DNA of 64,000 nt from Azolla caroliniana (GCA_043228905.1 JBHGNT010000010.1:19220001-19284000), one strand, 5' to 3'. Shown: positions 11,821 to 26,546, counted from the first letter of the stretch. Translations and numbers: made by a program. Notes: generated by a model from the sequence alone, not told the origin.

Positions 11821-13182
11821 TCTGTATATCCAGAAGGCACATAGGTTTGTTCAACTCAAATGTGCAATCTTCTCGTTTTTGAAGGTATAAAAATTTCGTA
11901 TTTAAGAGTAGCTTTAAGAGTTCGTGTGATAGTTGCAACATCTCAATATATTTTGAGATCATGTTGTATGGAGTTAAATGTGCAGTAGATGTGGTTCTGA
12001 TGCTATGATACAATGCTAATGCTTGCTGAATCCCTCATTTAGTACTATTATCTTAATAACATTCTCATAAAACCTTTTGTAAGTTTGAAAAGCTGATGCT
12101 CCACGTGTCATTCCCTTGGTTACCTGAGGTTTAAGTTTAAATCTACCTTTAGTAGATGCTTGGTCTATCTTATACTCCTAGATATCATATGTTATTTGAT
12201 ATTGGATAGACTGGACAACAAAATGTATCCAATGAAGATGCATATGTTTCATGGCATATCCCAATAAAAAATGTAATATTATGTCGTAACTAAGCTTAAG
12301 AATTTCAAGTCTAATCCTGAAAGTTACTTTTGTGAGAAAAAAAGTAATACTAAAAAGGCCGTAACTTGTAAAAACATGTGGAATCATGATCCATGGCCAT
12401 CACAGAAGGGTGCTATTAACATAAAAGAGTTTCTTATTGGTTAAAATAGGCTTATCCACTTTTGAAGGATCTATTTGTGGCATGCGCCTTTGATGCTTCA
12501 GATAGCCTTAAATCTCTTGGCTGCCTTGAAATTTTGACTAAACAGAAGTATCATCTTCTTCATCAAAAGAGTCACATCTGGCGATATTTGAAATAGACTA
12601 GAAAACTTGCAGGGTTTCGTCATAAGGAATGAGCTATTCCAATTGTGGTAGTGTGTACTCTTTCCTTCACAAAACAAAGAGGTAGCAATTCCTATGGTGG
12701 TTAATGGTAGTTCCATATTATTAAAGAGATTGTATAAATCCTGAGTTCACAAAGGTAAAGACAAATGAATGGTTTTTGAGTGAATCTTCACAATTTCAAG
12801 TCCTAATTGCAAGGTTCTGAGATTTGTTTGCTTTAGTTCTTTTTTAATCACCTAGATATGCTCAAAAATTGATTGTATTGCAACTCGTGCCCATTTAAAT
12901 ATTGCCTTGTCAAACTTGTCAGTCTTCCTACCCAATGTTGTAAACCAAATCTCAGCTATACGTTACTCTACTCTCCCTCTCCAAGAGGATTTGTTAGTAG
13001 AGTAATTTAAGTATTTTGGAAATTTGAGAAACCATTGATATTTGGGGATGTGTCAAAATACAAGTTTTAATGAATTTCATGAGACATTTAAGCTATTTTG
13101 GAAAATCCCCCATATTGAAAAAGATTTAGTTTCTTTAATGTGAGCTCTTTGTAGGCAAGAATTTGTAAGATGCTTAGGCAAA

Positions 13183-16100
13183 TGTTGTGAATAGAAGGTT
13201 AACTCAACAATGTGCCCATTTAAATATCGCCTAGTCAAACTTGTTAGTCTTCCACTTTGTATCCTTAGTGTGAATACGTTCACAAGTTAGGGCTTGATTA
13301 TATAGGCCCAATTGTATCATTGTAAAGAGTGAGAGCTTTTTAGAGGAGAATAACGAGTTTCTATTAGAGCTTACATTGTCTATCTTGCTTCTTGCTTCCT
13401 ATCTATCGAGCATACTTTGCCTCTTTGTCTTGTCCATGTTGTTTGCTTGACACATTACCTTGCAGGTCCTCACATATTCTTCTACATATTATCTACAACA
13501 AGTGGTATCGGAGCGACTTGCTATTTGGCGGCAACGAACAGTAGAAAGCTGAAAAAGAAGCCATCTAGCTGAGAGAAAAGAATAGGTCAACATCTGCTTT
13601 CAGAAAATGGCGACACAATCCGACACGAATGTGGAAATCTAGAAGTTCGACGGGAAGAACTTCACCCTTTGGAAAGAGATGATGCAAGATGTTCTTACAT
13701 CCGAAGACAAGTTGAAGCCATTCAACACAATACCAAGCCGGCTTCAATGTCTGCTGAAGAATGGCGATCTATGGATGAGATAGCCAAATCGACCATTCGG
13801 ATGCATCTGGCCGAGAACGTCTATTTCAGCATGGGGAAGGAGATGATAACATTCTCTTTGTGGGAGAAACTCCAAGCTGTGTACAAGAAAAAGTCCTCAT
13901 CGAAGCTAATACTGATTCAATAGTTATTCAATATGAAGATGAGAGAGACAGATCCAACAACCTCCCATATCAACATGAGGATGAGAGAGACGGATCCACG
14001 TCTATTTTAGCATGGCAAATGAGACGATAAGATTCTCTTTGTGGGAGAAACTCCAGGCTATGTAAAAGAGAAAGTTGTCATTGAAGCTAATATTGATTCG
14101 ACAATTATTCAACATGAAGATGAGAGAGATGGATCCAACGACCTCCCATATCAACACCTTCAATTGGGTGTTGTCTAAACTCTCCCCTCAAGGGATCAAC
14201 TTTGAAGAAGAAATTAAAGTTCTTGCCCTCCTTTCAAGCTTGCTGTTGAGTTGGGAGGTATTCTGCACGATATTTGCCAATAGTTGTCTAAATCTCAATT
14301 TGGACGAGACAATCGGACAAGTTCTCACTAAGGACATTCGGTGAAAATCGATGGGACTCACCATCGATGAATTGATAGAAGCCCACTACTCGGCTAAGTC
14401 AATCATACGAAGTAACCGATCAAGAGAACAAGTTCAAAGAACCGGTCGAAACACCAGTCAATCGAGGAGGGAAGATCTACAGTGGTCGAAGACGAGGAAT
14501 AGTCGATCAAGTGAATTTTGCACTCATTGTAGAAAGATTGGTCACAAAGTTTTCGACTGTTGGTTGATAAAGAGAAAGGAGAATGATCGACGATTTGATC
14601 AGAGACAAGGACAATCCGACTCGAACCGTTATCTAGTTAACAACCAAATCAATGTTGTCGACTCCCGATCAGGAGAAATCCTCTCTCTGGAGGCCTCGAT
14701 GATTGGAGAAGTCCTTTATAGTTTGCAGGACACATAAACATGGTTGCTGGATTTCGGTGCCACATTTCACGTGACCCCAGATATCGAATGGTTTTCAGAC
14801 TATTCGGTCAAAGCTGATGGCATTGTCTGGCAATGGGCAGGAATGCAAAATTGCCGGAATCGATGAAGTACCAATTTGATTGCCAAACGACAATATGATC
14901 GTCTTGCACCATGTCCAACATGTACTCGAGCTTAAAAGGAGTATGGTCTCTATCACCATGCTAGCCGAAGGCGAGTACCGAATGACTCTTGGTGAGTTGA
15001 CATAGATGATTAGTCGGGGGAACTGGAAAATTAGATGTGGATACAAGTACAATAACTTGTACCTGTTGTCGGATTTGAACTTATTGCATGGCCGACTTGG
15101 CCACATGTCCCAAGTCGGACTAGACCGATTAATGGTGATCGGCTACATCCCCAAACTCTAGACAAAGACGGACTTCTGCGAGCATTGTCATTATAGGAAA
15201 TAGACCCAAAGTCCACACTCTCTCCACTTCGAGACGATACAATAGCTCCTAGAGCTCGTGCACACTAACATTTTTGAGCCGATGCCTAAAAAATCTCTAG
15301 GAGGATCTCGGTACTTCATCACATTCATTGATGATTGTACACGGAAGGTTTGGGCTTACTTGATTAGGTCGAAAGATAAAGCACTCGAACTCTTCTCTCG
15401 GTGGTTAGTCGAAGTGGAAAACCGATAAGGACATTGAGTGAAGTCACCCCGGTCTAACAACGAAGGGGAATACACCTGAACCCTCAAGTAGCACTTGTCT
15501 GAAAAAGGGATCTAACATTAGAAGACCGTCTCCTATAACCCCATGCAAAACGGTGTGGCAGAATGGGTCAATTGAATGATCCAAGAGAGGGTGCCGACAA
15601 TTCTCCAACAATTCGGACTAAAGTTGGAATTTTGGGCCGAAGTATTGTAGACGATAGTATACCTGATAAATTTGTTGCCATCGAGAGCAATCCGGCTTGA
15701 ACTGCCACATGCACTATGGTCTAGCAAACAACCGACCTATGATAGGCTTTGTATATTCGGAGGGACAACGGACCAAGTTGGCACCCCATGCACTTAAGTA
15801 TATATTTCTCGATTATGGAACATATGGGGACTTAGGCTATCAGTGATGGAATCTAAGAACTGGAAATTGATCTGGAGCATACTCTCCAACCCGATCTAGC
15901 CGAAAATTGGCTAAAAAGGGCTCATCCGATCTTGATAGATCGAACGTAGAAGGGCCGACCAATCGGGCCAAATCAGAGATTCAACAAACAGTTGAAATCA
16001 ACCTAGCCAATGACCCACTTGTTGAATTTGAATCGGTAAGAGATCCATTAGTCAAAATCAAATTCGATTTGACTAAGAGATTAACAAGAGCCGAATTGGC

Positions 16101-17845
16101 CAACCAAGGCAAAGCCGAGATGTGTTGAGTTGAAAATGATAGAGTTGACAAAGACAAAGTTGGTTGGACCATCAACCAAAATAAGGCTAAGGAGATGAAA
16201 AGCCAAATAAACTCGGCCAAGTCCTTGGCTCCTTTGTCAATCGATCTCGAAGAAAGGGAGGATGACTCGACATTGTTGAAATCCTATTGCAGGCGTGAGT
16301 CATCCCAAAGGATTCCTGAAGAAGGTTCAAGTAATGCCGATACATCAACTACACAGATGTAGGTGAACCAAGCTCCTATGAGGAAGCTATAGTTGCGCCA
16401 GACATTGACACATGGCTATAAGCCATGAGATCCGAGATGGACTCAATACATATGAACAAGACATGGGAGTTGTTCAAACTACCAGTTGGAAGGAAACCGC
16501 GGTCCTGCAAATGGGTCTTCAGATACAAATATGTATCTGATTCAGAGAAGTCCAAATATAAAGCTCAGTTCATTGCCAACAAATTCAAACAAGAATACGG
16601 GATCGACTACGACGGGATCTTCTTGTTGGTAGTCAAGACCTAGAGCTTGAGCAACTGGACGTAAAGATGACATTCCTACAGGGAGACCTGAATGAAGACA
16701 TTTACATGTCTCAACCAGCAAGCTTCATGACGATGGGGCAACAAGATCACATCGTCTACAAACTGAAGAAGAACCTATACGTCCTCAAGCAAGCACTGAG
16801 AATGTAGTATCAAAAGTTCAACACCTACATCAACTCAGCTACAACCGATCGTACTCTGACCCATGTATGTACATCGACAATTGTTCGATGAGTCCCGGAT
16901 CTATATGATCCTATATGTCGATGACATGCTCATTGTCGGTAGCAATTGAGTAGAGATTGGAGAACTAAAGCAAAACCTTCATGACAAATTTGCAATGAAG
17001 GAACTCGGAGAAGCCTGACACATTGGGCATGCAGATTGAACGAAATTCGACAGCAAAGACTCTTTGGCTCTCCTAGTCCAATTACATCAGAAAGGTGTTA
17101 AGACGATTCAAGATGGAGAATGCAAAATCAGCACCAACTCAACTTTTGACATCGTTTAGACTATTAGACAAAGATTTTCCATTGACTGATGAGGAGAGAA
17201 AGCTCAATGGAAATATACCCTATGCATTGGTCGTAGGAAGAATCATGTACGCAATGGTGGCAACCCGACTTGACCTTGCATATGCCGTAGGGGTCGTCAG
17301 CCGATACATGTCGAACCCAAGACAGAAGCATTGGGAGGTTGTCAAGGACATCTTCAGGTATCTCAAATGAACCAAAGACGTACATTTGACTTTCGGATTG
17401 ACAAATTTGACTGAAGTCAAAGGCTACACTGACTCCGACTGTGCTGGCAATTTAGCCAATCAAAAGTAACCATCATGCTACTTATTCACATATGGCGGGG
17501 GCGCCATATCATGGAGGTCAAAATTGCAAGAGTGCACATCCTTGTCAACCACAAAGGTTGAGTACATTGCCATGTTCCATGGAAGCAACTAAGGAAACGA
17601 TCTGGCTGCAACAATTGTTGGTTGTTTTTTCGGCTGCACGCTGAATCGACTGTGCAATGGCGACCATCTATTGCAACTCACAGAGCGTAATACACCTCAT
17701 TAGGAATCCTGTTTACCTTGCGAATACGAAACATATTGAGGTGCGGTTTAATTAAATTTAGGAGCTTGTAACGGAGAAGAAGCTCAAAAGTCCGGAAGAT
17801 CGACATTGAGGTGAACATCGCCGATTGCCTGACGAACCCACCTAA
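13183..17845 (+). mobile_element. Decayed Ty1/copia element A: 5' LTR (~13183-13500), PBS and disrupted gag-pol; 3' end lost
   Basis: LTR ends TGTTGT...ACAACA; tRNA-iMet PBS TGGTATCGGAGC at 13503. Gag fragments: KFDGKNFTLWKEMMQD and IRMHLAENVY, with CTHCRKIGH knuckle. Protease: WLLDFGATFHVT. RT: WELFKLPVGRK..CKWVF and YVDDMLIVG. RNaseH: TKHIEVRF..NIADCLT. Many stops and frameshifts, plus a ~170-bp gag duplication at 13818-14157. The LTR left edge is approximate. Confidence 0.9.
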
Positions 17846-17959
17846 AACAACGCCTCTGAGCAACCGAGCAGAAAGGAGCTACAACGAACAATAGCAGAAG
17901 GAAAGTCAAAGATCGACTCGATTGGACGAGCACTCGATATTATTGGTCGTGTAAAACCA

Positions 17960-20900
17960 TGTTCGATCACGGAGCAATGCTCCAGATGGCCAGATGGTCT
18001 ACTCCCAGTCAAACGAGGGAAGAGAATTCGGTCGAGGAAATAGAGGTCGATTCGGAGGAGGCCAATAACACACAAAGGGAGTTTGGTAGAAGGGGGAGCC
18101 ATCCTGTTGGACCAAGTCCCCAAAACAACCTGATCAAATGCGGGTACTATGGAAAACTCGGCCACTTTGAAGAAGAGTGTCGAAAGAAGAAATGAGAGTT
18201 GACACAGGTTCCAATTAGCACCTCTTCTTCAGACAATATATGGTTTGTAGACTCTAGAGCGTCCAATGACATGACGTCTCACAAAGATTGGTTCCAAGAG
18301 TTAGAAAGCCCGATAGACCTAGCTATGTCGAAACTGGAGATGACACAACTAACCCAATTCGGCATATCGGAAATGTCCCATTTGGGAACAACGACAAACA
18401 AACCTACCTCAAGAATGTCTTGCATGTCCTAACCATCACGAAAAAATCGGGTCTTGGTTGGCTAGATAGTAGAACAAGGCATTAAAGTGCGGTTCAACAA
18501 TGAAGGGTGCTTCATTGAAAAAGACAATCGACTCATAACTCACAGTCGATGAGAAGGCCGAATGTTCATCCTCGAGTCAATCAAGGTAAGTTACCCATGT
18601 TTGGAAAAGGGCTCAAAGTCGACACCGATTTTAAATTGTGACACAAGAGAATCAACCACATCAATCTTTAGAATCTCTGGAACATGCAATCAAAAAGAGT
18701 CGCCATCAGAATCTCGAATTTTACAGAAAGAGAGAGCACTTGCATATTCGAGGTGTGCCAATTCGGCAAACAAAGTTGACAACCATTCTCGACAAAGAGG
18801 AATGCGAGCAAAGGATTATTGGACGTAATCCACTCCGACGTATGGGGACTTGCACAGATTGCCACATTCAGGGATACCCTATGCGATAGAAGAGCGAAGT
18901 GTTCAAACACTTCCAAAAATTTAAGAATGAAAAAACAAAACCATAGTTCGACATGTCCAATGCCTTCGATTGGACGGAGGCAGGGAGTATTTGTTAGATG
19001 AATTCTCAGCTTATCTTCGAAAGAAAGGAATTTGACAAGAATTCACCTACCGACACACACCTCAACAAAATGGAGTAGTTGAACAAAAGAATCGACACAT
19101 AGTAGAGGTGGCAAGAGCAATGATGAACGAGATGAACTTGTCGAAGTCGTACTAGGCAGACGCAACTAACACAACCGTCTACCGTATGAATCAGTGCAGC
19201 ACCTTAGAATAGCACGCCACCACAACCCACGAGAACTTTTTTGGGAAGAAGTCGGATTTATCCCACGTTCGGATATTCGGCTCAATCGTTTATATACATA
19301 TTCCCAACGAGAAGGGGTATCCTTGTAGGGTACTCACTTGAACAGAAGGGGTACAAATGTTATAACCCATCTATCCGAAAAGTTCGAGTGAGTCGTGACG
19401 TTGTCTTCAACGAATCGACATCCTGGTACAAACCAGAGACGGCTCTGACTCCAACCCTAGTCGACCCGAACGCGGTTGACCAAGAGATTGAAGACGAAGA
19501 TCAACTTGGGCATACTTTCGAAGAAAGTCCAATCATGACCAGACTGAGTGACCTCAAGAGCCTCCAAGCGATCAAAGCACATCTCAGTCGAGTTCGAAGT
19601 TGGACAAAGGGAAGGCCTCGATACTCCTGTGATCCGGATGAATGGAGTGAAGAAAGCTATTACCGCCGCAAACGAGAAACTCTGTCGCTCCACCCTAGAG
19701 AAAAACCTGGTCAACTGATTCGGTTACCACGATTATATGGCATATCATTATGCCTTTATGATGAAGTTGGCGACGGTTCGAGAATTGGAACCTTTTTTCG
19801 AGGCAGCCAAGGATCCACGATGGATCAAAGCCATGAACGAAGAGATGTAGGATCTATGCAAGAATAAGACATGAGACCTCGTTTCTCGTTCTCCACATAA
19901 GAAAGCGATTGGTTGTAGATGGATCTTCAAGGTTAAATATAATGTCGCCGGCTCGTAGCTAAGGGATATGCTCAAACACACAGAGTTGATTATGAGGAGA
20001 TCTTTGCTCTAGTGGCAAAGACGATGACTGTTTGAATAGTCATTGCTCTCACAGCTGCTAAAGGGTGGCATCTCCATCAAATGAACGTAAAGAACGCCTT
20101 TCTTCAAGGTGAATTAGAAGAGGTCTTCATGGTTCAACCACTTGGTTTCGAATCGACCAAGCATCCGACTGTAGTGTGCCAACTCAAAAAGCCATTGTAC
20201 AAACTCAAGCAAGCATTGCATGCTTGGCACTCGAAGATCACTCAGTATCTTTACCAAATCGGCTTTTGAATGTTGAAATCGGATAATTCCCTCTACATCA
20301 GAAGTGAGTTGAACAACCCAATTGTCATCATTGTGTATGTGGATGATCTAGTCATCAGAGCAATATTAGTAAGGTCAAATCACTCCAATCCAACAGATTT
20401 GAAATGAAAGATATGCACGAGTTCCTCAATATAGAAGTAATTAGGACACCAATCGGGATTATGATCTCTCAACGACACTACATCCTCAACTTGCTCTACA
20501 AGTTTGGGATGACTAAATGCAAACTTGAGTCAACCCCTCTCGATCAAAACCTCAAGCTCGGTGCCGACTTAGGAACAGAAGAGTGCAAGCCAACTTAATC
20601 TGTCCAACCATCACACGACCCGACCTCAACTTTACGATCGGTCTACTTAGCCAATTCATGCAGAAACCTCAGGATATTCGTCTAGATTGCGCTAAGAGGT
20701 ATCTCAAGTACGTCTCTAGGACGATGGATTACGACATCATGTATAAGTCGGACACAATCGTTTAACTCGAAGGGTACACAAATGCAAACAGGGCCAATCT
20801 CTTGGAGGGTACTCAAATTCAGGAATCGTCTTCTCCCTCGGTAGCGGAGCAATCTCTTGGAGTAGCAAAAAGCAACCAACAGTCGCACTGTTGAGCACAG

Positions 20901-21779
20901 TAGCCGAATACAGGGGCATGATCGTTGTTGCATGTGAAGTTGTTTGGTTGAAGCGTATATCGAAGGATCTAGGCATTACCACCAAGGATCCGATTCTCAT
21001 GTACTGCGACCAATATTCATTTGGCTCGGAACCTCGTGTTCCATGCGCACACGAAGCATATTGAAGTGCACTATCACTTCATCCGAGAGGGTTTAGGCTG
21101 GAGATGTCGACCTGCAACACATTAGCACAAACCTTCAGGTTGTTGACATTTTCACGAAGGCCTTAGAGTCAACAAGCTCGAGCAATTTTCATCTGACCTT
21201 GGTCTCATGATCTTTGCATTGCCGAGCTTGAGGGGGAGTACGACAATAAATGCTGAGTAACTGATTCGAACGAAGAAGAACAATTGAAGCACGAAGTGGA
21301 ACAAGTCGCACCGGCCATAGAGCCGAGAATCCCAGAAAGCTGAAAACAAGCCGAACAGCAAAACAACCTCTTTGACGACTAGAAGTTGCATTCGAAGGGG
21401 CATGTTGAGAATCAAACCCAACTTCCCTATTGAAGTGGCTTTAACACTAGCAAGTGGACATACTAGGGTAATTTTGTAAATAGTAGTAATGGCAGTTGCC
21501 CTAGGCTGGTTGGTAATTAAACCAATCGTTTGTAACTTAGTTGTTGTTGGATGTAATTCCATCTTTTGCTAATATAACTTCTTGTTCTATGCTCTCTCTC
21601 TCTCTCTCTCTCTCCCTCATTGCTTGTCTTATGTACACACATACACAACTCACTTTCGCTGCATCACCTACGCTCTCTCTCTCTCTCTCTCTCATTGCTT
21701 GTCTTATGTACACACATACACAACTCACTTCCGCTGCATCACCTACGCCTCCCATCTCTTTACAATGTCTCTTCTAGCA
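17960..21779 (+). mobile_element. Decayed Ty1/copia element B: gag C-terminus, pol, PPT and 3' LTR (21403-~21779); 5' end lost
   Basis: Knuckle CGYYGKLGHFEEEC, protease WFVDSRASNDMT, integrase IHSDVWG and PQQNGVVE, RT MNVKNAFLQGEL and YVDDLVI, RNaseH TKHIEVHYHFIRE. Purine tracts lie at 21228-21239 and 21394-21402, followed by the LTR start TGTTGAGA. The LTR contains a ~80-bp internal duplication with (CT)n. Confidence 0.88.
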
Positions 21780-22989
21780 AGTTGAACTTGATGTTGAGCT
21801 TCCCACACCCAAGCCCAAGGGTGACCTCTCATGCAATGTATTATTCATCTTTCCAACAATGCTTGTCAAACAATGTTACTTGATCATGAAGAAATTTACT
21901 TCAAAATTTGTGACACTTATTGTGTGGATTTGTGCCCCACATCATGTTCATTTCTCCACTAGCAATGTGTGGTTTGTTCATGTTTGTGTCTTTCAAATTC
22001 ATTTTGTGCCTTCAAATTGAACGACCTTGTGAATGTTTACTAGGAATCCTCCGCCATCTACATCTTGCAATAGTTAAGGTACAAGACTAAAGGATATGGC
22101 ATAAAGATATGTAATGAGGCCATGAGAAAAACATAAGATATGACTGAAATTGTAGCCTATTTGCAATATTGTTGGAATATTGAAGGTGACAAAGAGTACA
22201 AAAGCAATTCTAATTAGATTAAGCAAAGCAAAAGGTAATCTCAATCAACAATGAAATGACACTCATGCCTCAAGTGTTTAGGTAGTTTGTAGTATTGGTT
22301 GTTAATAAGTCATGTAATCATATATTTTCAGGCATTACCAAGCTCTAGTACTTCATTCACAACCATGGATAGAGGTGAGCATACATTTTCGTTAAGTTAA
22401 GGAATATGCCATCGAGTTCTATCACTGAAAAATGTTAAATTGTGAATCATGTGTATATATACTTGGCTTTATGTCAATTGAATCTTGATACAAGGATGGC
22501 ACTTGCAACATACTCCACTTAAGTTTATGGTTCTTGGTTAAGTGCATATTAACTTTAGATTTTTTTCAATTATGCTTAAATTTATGGCTCAATTATGCTT
22601 AGATTTTTTTCAATTATGCTTCAATTGTGCATACATTGAAGAACATATTAACTTTAGGCTTTTATCTAATACATTTGCAAACCTATGGGCTTCAAATGGA
22701 TGTACATGTCTCATTTATTAAGCTACAAAAAAATCTCGAAGGCGTCGAAATTATAGAAATTAAAATGTACATTGAATCTATCAATGATTGAGGTACATAA
22801 TTTGAACCAGCAAATGCATGTGATATGTACAATGAGGAGCATGTTGAGTAGATACTAATGGACATTTGTGCCAGTGAAGAAAAACAATAAATATATTCAT
22901 ATTACACTACACATGCCATCCTCCATGGTATTACCCTACCATGAAATCGACTAGATATAAACTTCCATATGTGCAAGACTCGATTTGTG

Positions 22990-23400
22990 TGAATTTGTTT
23001 ACGAAAATGGGGTTCATTGCCTGTGAAGAATTTCACATGCCAATTTAGACACGCCTAGAAAATAGTGTACAAGTGTGGTTGTAAATGTCATGAGAGTTAA
23101 TATCAACAAGAGATTGAGGGTTGGAAAACCTAAATAAACGGAAAGGATCAGAAGTTGATTGCCAAAATGGGCTAATGAAAAATCTAGATTGTTGATAAAG
23201 GCTAGTATTGTAGCACACAAAAAAGAAGGTAAGGGACTCAAAATCAAATAGAAAAGATCTTGAAGTACTTTTGGAATTGATAAACAAGGGCCACAATTGT
23301 ACACACACTAGGTAGCATGTGCAAGAAAATCACCGTACATGGATAAGTCTAGAGTTTCATTTACATGTCCACTTCTGCCTCAAGTGGCAAAACAATTTCC
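22990..23400 (-). mobile_element. Decayed LINE 3' remnant, related to 45440-45900
   Basis: It shares GGAT(C/T)AGAAGTTGATTGCC with ~45551-45570. The minus-strand translations FGNQLLILS and LGNQLLIQIG resemble the post-RT xGxHxLxIExG segment of LINE ORF2. Confidence 0.3.
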
Positions 23401-24899
23401 TTCATTCTAAGACGCATCAATATGCAAGATCTTCAAAAGGCATTGCTTGAGAAATATATGTTAATGGCAATGCAATATTCCACACTCTTTTGACTCGTCC
23501 TTTCCACCCAACCAATATCACCCATATATAGACATTTGTTTTTTCCCAATATTGGCAGCATAAGAATGTATTTCGTTGCTCAGAATATTATATATTCTTC
23601 ATAATTCAAGTCATTTTGGAGTTTATACTTGTGAGTGTGTGAATGTTAGTCTAAATTTGGAAATAAGTCAAATTTAGCTCTCACTTGTTTGCTAAACTTG
23701 TCTTCTATCTATAAAACTCTTCAAATAACTTTGTTCTTCTATCCCGTTTTGACATTTACGTGTGTACTTGGATTCTTTACAAATGTCAAACAAAGCATTA
23801 TAACAATGGCCTCAAATGACTAAGTGCATAATTTGCTTTTGTTAAGCTTAGCTAGCATTTATGAACATACTCTAATGCAAGTTGACAATGTATAAACAAA
23901 TATGAATATTATTGGGATTATGAACATCATATACAATATCTTTGTCTATACTATAGTTCGAGATTACCAAATGCTCTCGTGTTTTATAATACCTTGGATT
24001 CAAATTTATATAAATGGTTATACGTGCAAAGGTGAATATGCAATGTTGACCCGTTTAATAGTTCTAGAACCATATCATTATTGTGTAAGCGAACTATGCT
24101 ATTATTGATTCGACACGCATGTGCACATGAAGTAATACCAAGCCTTGCCTATGTGATCTTGCACACCAAGTGTGATTCATGAACTTCTAGTTTCTTATAT
24201 GTAGCAATATATCACATGATTATTTGCACCATAAATGTTTATGCCAATGACTCTACTCAACAAGGAGAGAGAGACCAAATGTTGAAGATGCAACATCTAG
24301 ATAACATTACATATGAATTTATCACCATGTGACCTCTTAACGGTTCTCCTTGGATATCTAAATAATTTTAGATAACAATTTCCCTTGTGTTTCATTACCT
24401 CATTCAACATTCTAAGCATCACAAAGAGAGTGAGGTTACACGTAACTAGCTAAGTATTGTGGTAGGATTGTGACCACATAGAGATACATGGGCTATATAT
24501 ATGGTGCGTACTTTCGCTCGTGTCCCAATATGGGCTTGTGTAAGTGAGGGAGGCTTCACATACATGTTAGGTGGAATGGGGGTCAATGGGCTCGAAGGTC
24601 CGAGAGTATGTAGAAAGAGGCCACTCCTCCCCGACCCCCCAACCTAGCATTGTAATCACATACATGTAAGTGAGGCTCCGCAAAGAGCACCGAGTGTGTA
24701 GACGCGAAGCAAACTGAGACATGCCACGAATGTAATAGTTTCTTGGGGGGTGTTCGACAAGCAAGCACAGACCATGCGGGATTGGGCAGCTGAAAGGGTT
24801 ACGAAGGAATGGGGCGGAGATCATGTGTGTCCATAGAGAGTGTGTGTCCCTAAAATGTACATTCTTATTTAATTAACATAACATTTGTGAGCTTCACTA

Positions 24900-25092
24900 G
24901 CAGAAGAAGAAGAAGAAGAAGAAGCAGGTAATACTAGCCATCCAGATTCCTACATACTACTAAGTTACTATGCATTTTACCCCTACTACAACACTGTAGC
25001 AGCAGTAGTAGTAAACGAAAGTAGTAGAAGAAAGAAGAAGAAGAAGAAGACGAAGAAGAAGAAGAATAGGGTGAGAAAAACATGGCTACCTG

Positions 25093-25133
<41 letters not shown>

Positions 25134-25282
25134 TTCATTCGTTCATTCATTCTGCACACTTTGCGGTGCCTTTCCTCTCTCCTCACCTCAATCACTCCTG
25201 CTCCTTCTTCTTCATCCATCTCCATCTCCATCTCCTTCTTCTTCTTCTTCTTCTTCTTCGCCCTCACACAGTCTGTCACTGT

Positions 25283-25334
<52 letters not shown>

Positions 25335-25345
25335 ACATTCTTCTT
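24900..25345. repeat. Microsatellite-rich 5' region of the AT-hook gene: (GAA)n, (CT)n, (CTT)n, (CA)n
   Basis: The arrays are directly visible and are typical of plant promoters and 5'UTRs. Confidence 0.85.
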
Positions 25346-25980
25346 GTTCTTGTTCTCCTCCTGCTCCAGCTGCAGATCTGCGCCCCCTGGTCAACAAATT
25401 CGTGCCAACAGGTTTGATTTCCTTTGAAATTGTTGCTTTAAGCGTCGCAGCTCAGGCAGAGAAGTAGAAGTAGAGGACGTAGTGGTGAAACTACTACGAA
25501 TAGTAGTAGCAGCAGTAGTAGTAGAAGATGAAGTATAAGAAAGAGGCTGCGGAGGAGGGGTAGAAGGACGAATAATTAGGAAAGACGGAGAAGGAAGTGT
25601 AAGGAAAAAGAGAACGAGATAGAGCAAGAGAATGACTGGTTTTTTTCTTCTTTCACTCTCATGTTCTCTGCACTTACCCGGTCTGTAGTTTTTCCCCGCT
25701 TGGAAGTATACCTTCGTGTAACTCCAATCAGATCGAATTATATGAGTGTAAACACACCTGTTCCCTTTTTCATTCTCACATTCGTAAGAATTTCTTTAAC
25801 CTTTCCTCTCAGTTCAACTGTATTTCATCTTCAGTGACGTCATCAATTCTCCGTATCCTCTCATCCTCCTCTCAAAATTTCTCTGTCCTTTATAACAAAT
25901 CTCGTATTTTTTCTTAGAATAATGCCTGCAACAAAATAATTGATCTCCACAGAGTTTGATTTCCTTCAATTTAAGCTTCC

Positions 25981-26536
25981 ATGCGAAAGCTTGGAAGCAG
26001 GTAAGGTGAACATGTTATGTGAAATGTTATGAAATCTCGCTCTTTCCAAGAGCAGTAGCCGGATTATAAGTGGACGATAATTGATAGAGAATATTTTTCT
26101 CAGAAACTTTTGTGGAGAATTTGTTTACTGCAAAATTCTCATGAATTGTGGTTTACTTAGAAATGTTTCACGGAGAACAGCTTCCATGTCATTTTTTTGG
26201 AGACTCTATACCTGAGGATTTCTCATGGAAAAAAATTTCTTCAAGTGGACAAATAGTTCTGGGAGAAATTCACTACTCTCTGAGAAATTCTCATGGAGAA
26301 TAGTTGTTGGTGGAGAAATTCTCATAGAAGAATAACTCTCTCGGAAATGATCAAGTAAGGCAGTTTCCTCAGAATTGTTCATGGAGAAATACTTATTTGT
26401 CAGAAATGTTCCTGGAGAGCAGAAATTTTCATCAATAAACAAATTTTACAAGAAAAGTACGTGGAGAAATAGTTTATTCTCTGAATTTCAAGCTTGTTTG
26501 TTTGTACACAGCTACGCTACAATGCCAGAGGAATAA
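25981..26536 (+). other. Putative intron-spanning upstream ORF MRKLGSSYATMPEE* in the 5' leader of the AT-hook gene
   Basis: ATG at 25981, donor AG|GTAAGG at 26000/26001, acceptor TTTGTACACAG| at 26511. The stop TAA ends at 26536, 10 nt before the main ATG. Confidence 0.5.
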
Positions 26537-26546
26537 AGGAAGACCA

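Noticed and set aside
24480-24600. Three TGGGCT site-II-like motifs as a promoter module
   Set aside because: They are short motifs in a segment that could equally be an LTR remnant, and the TSS position is unknown.
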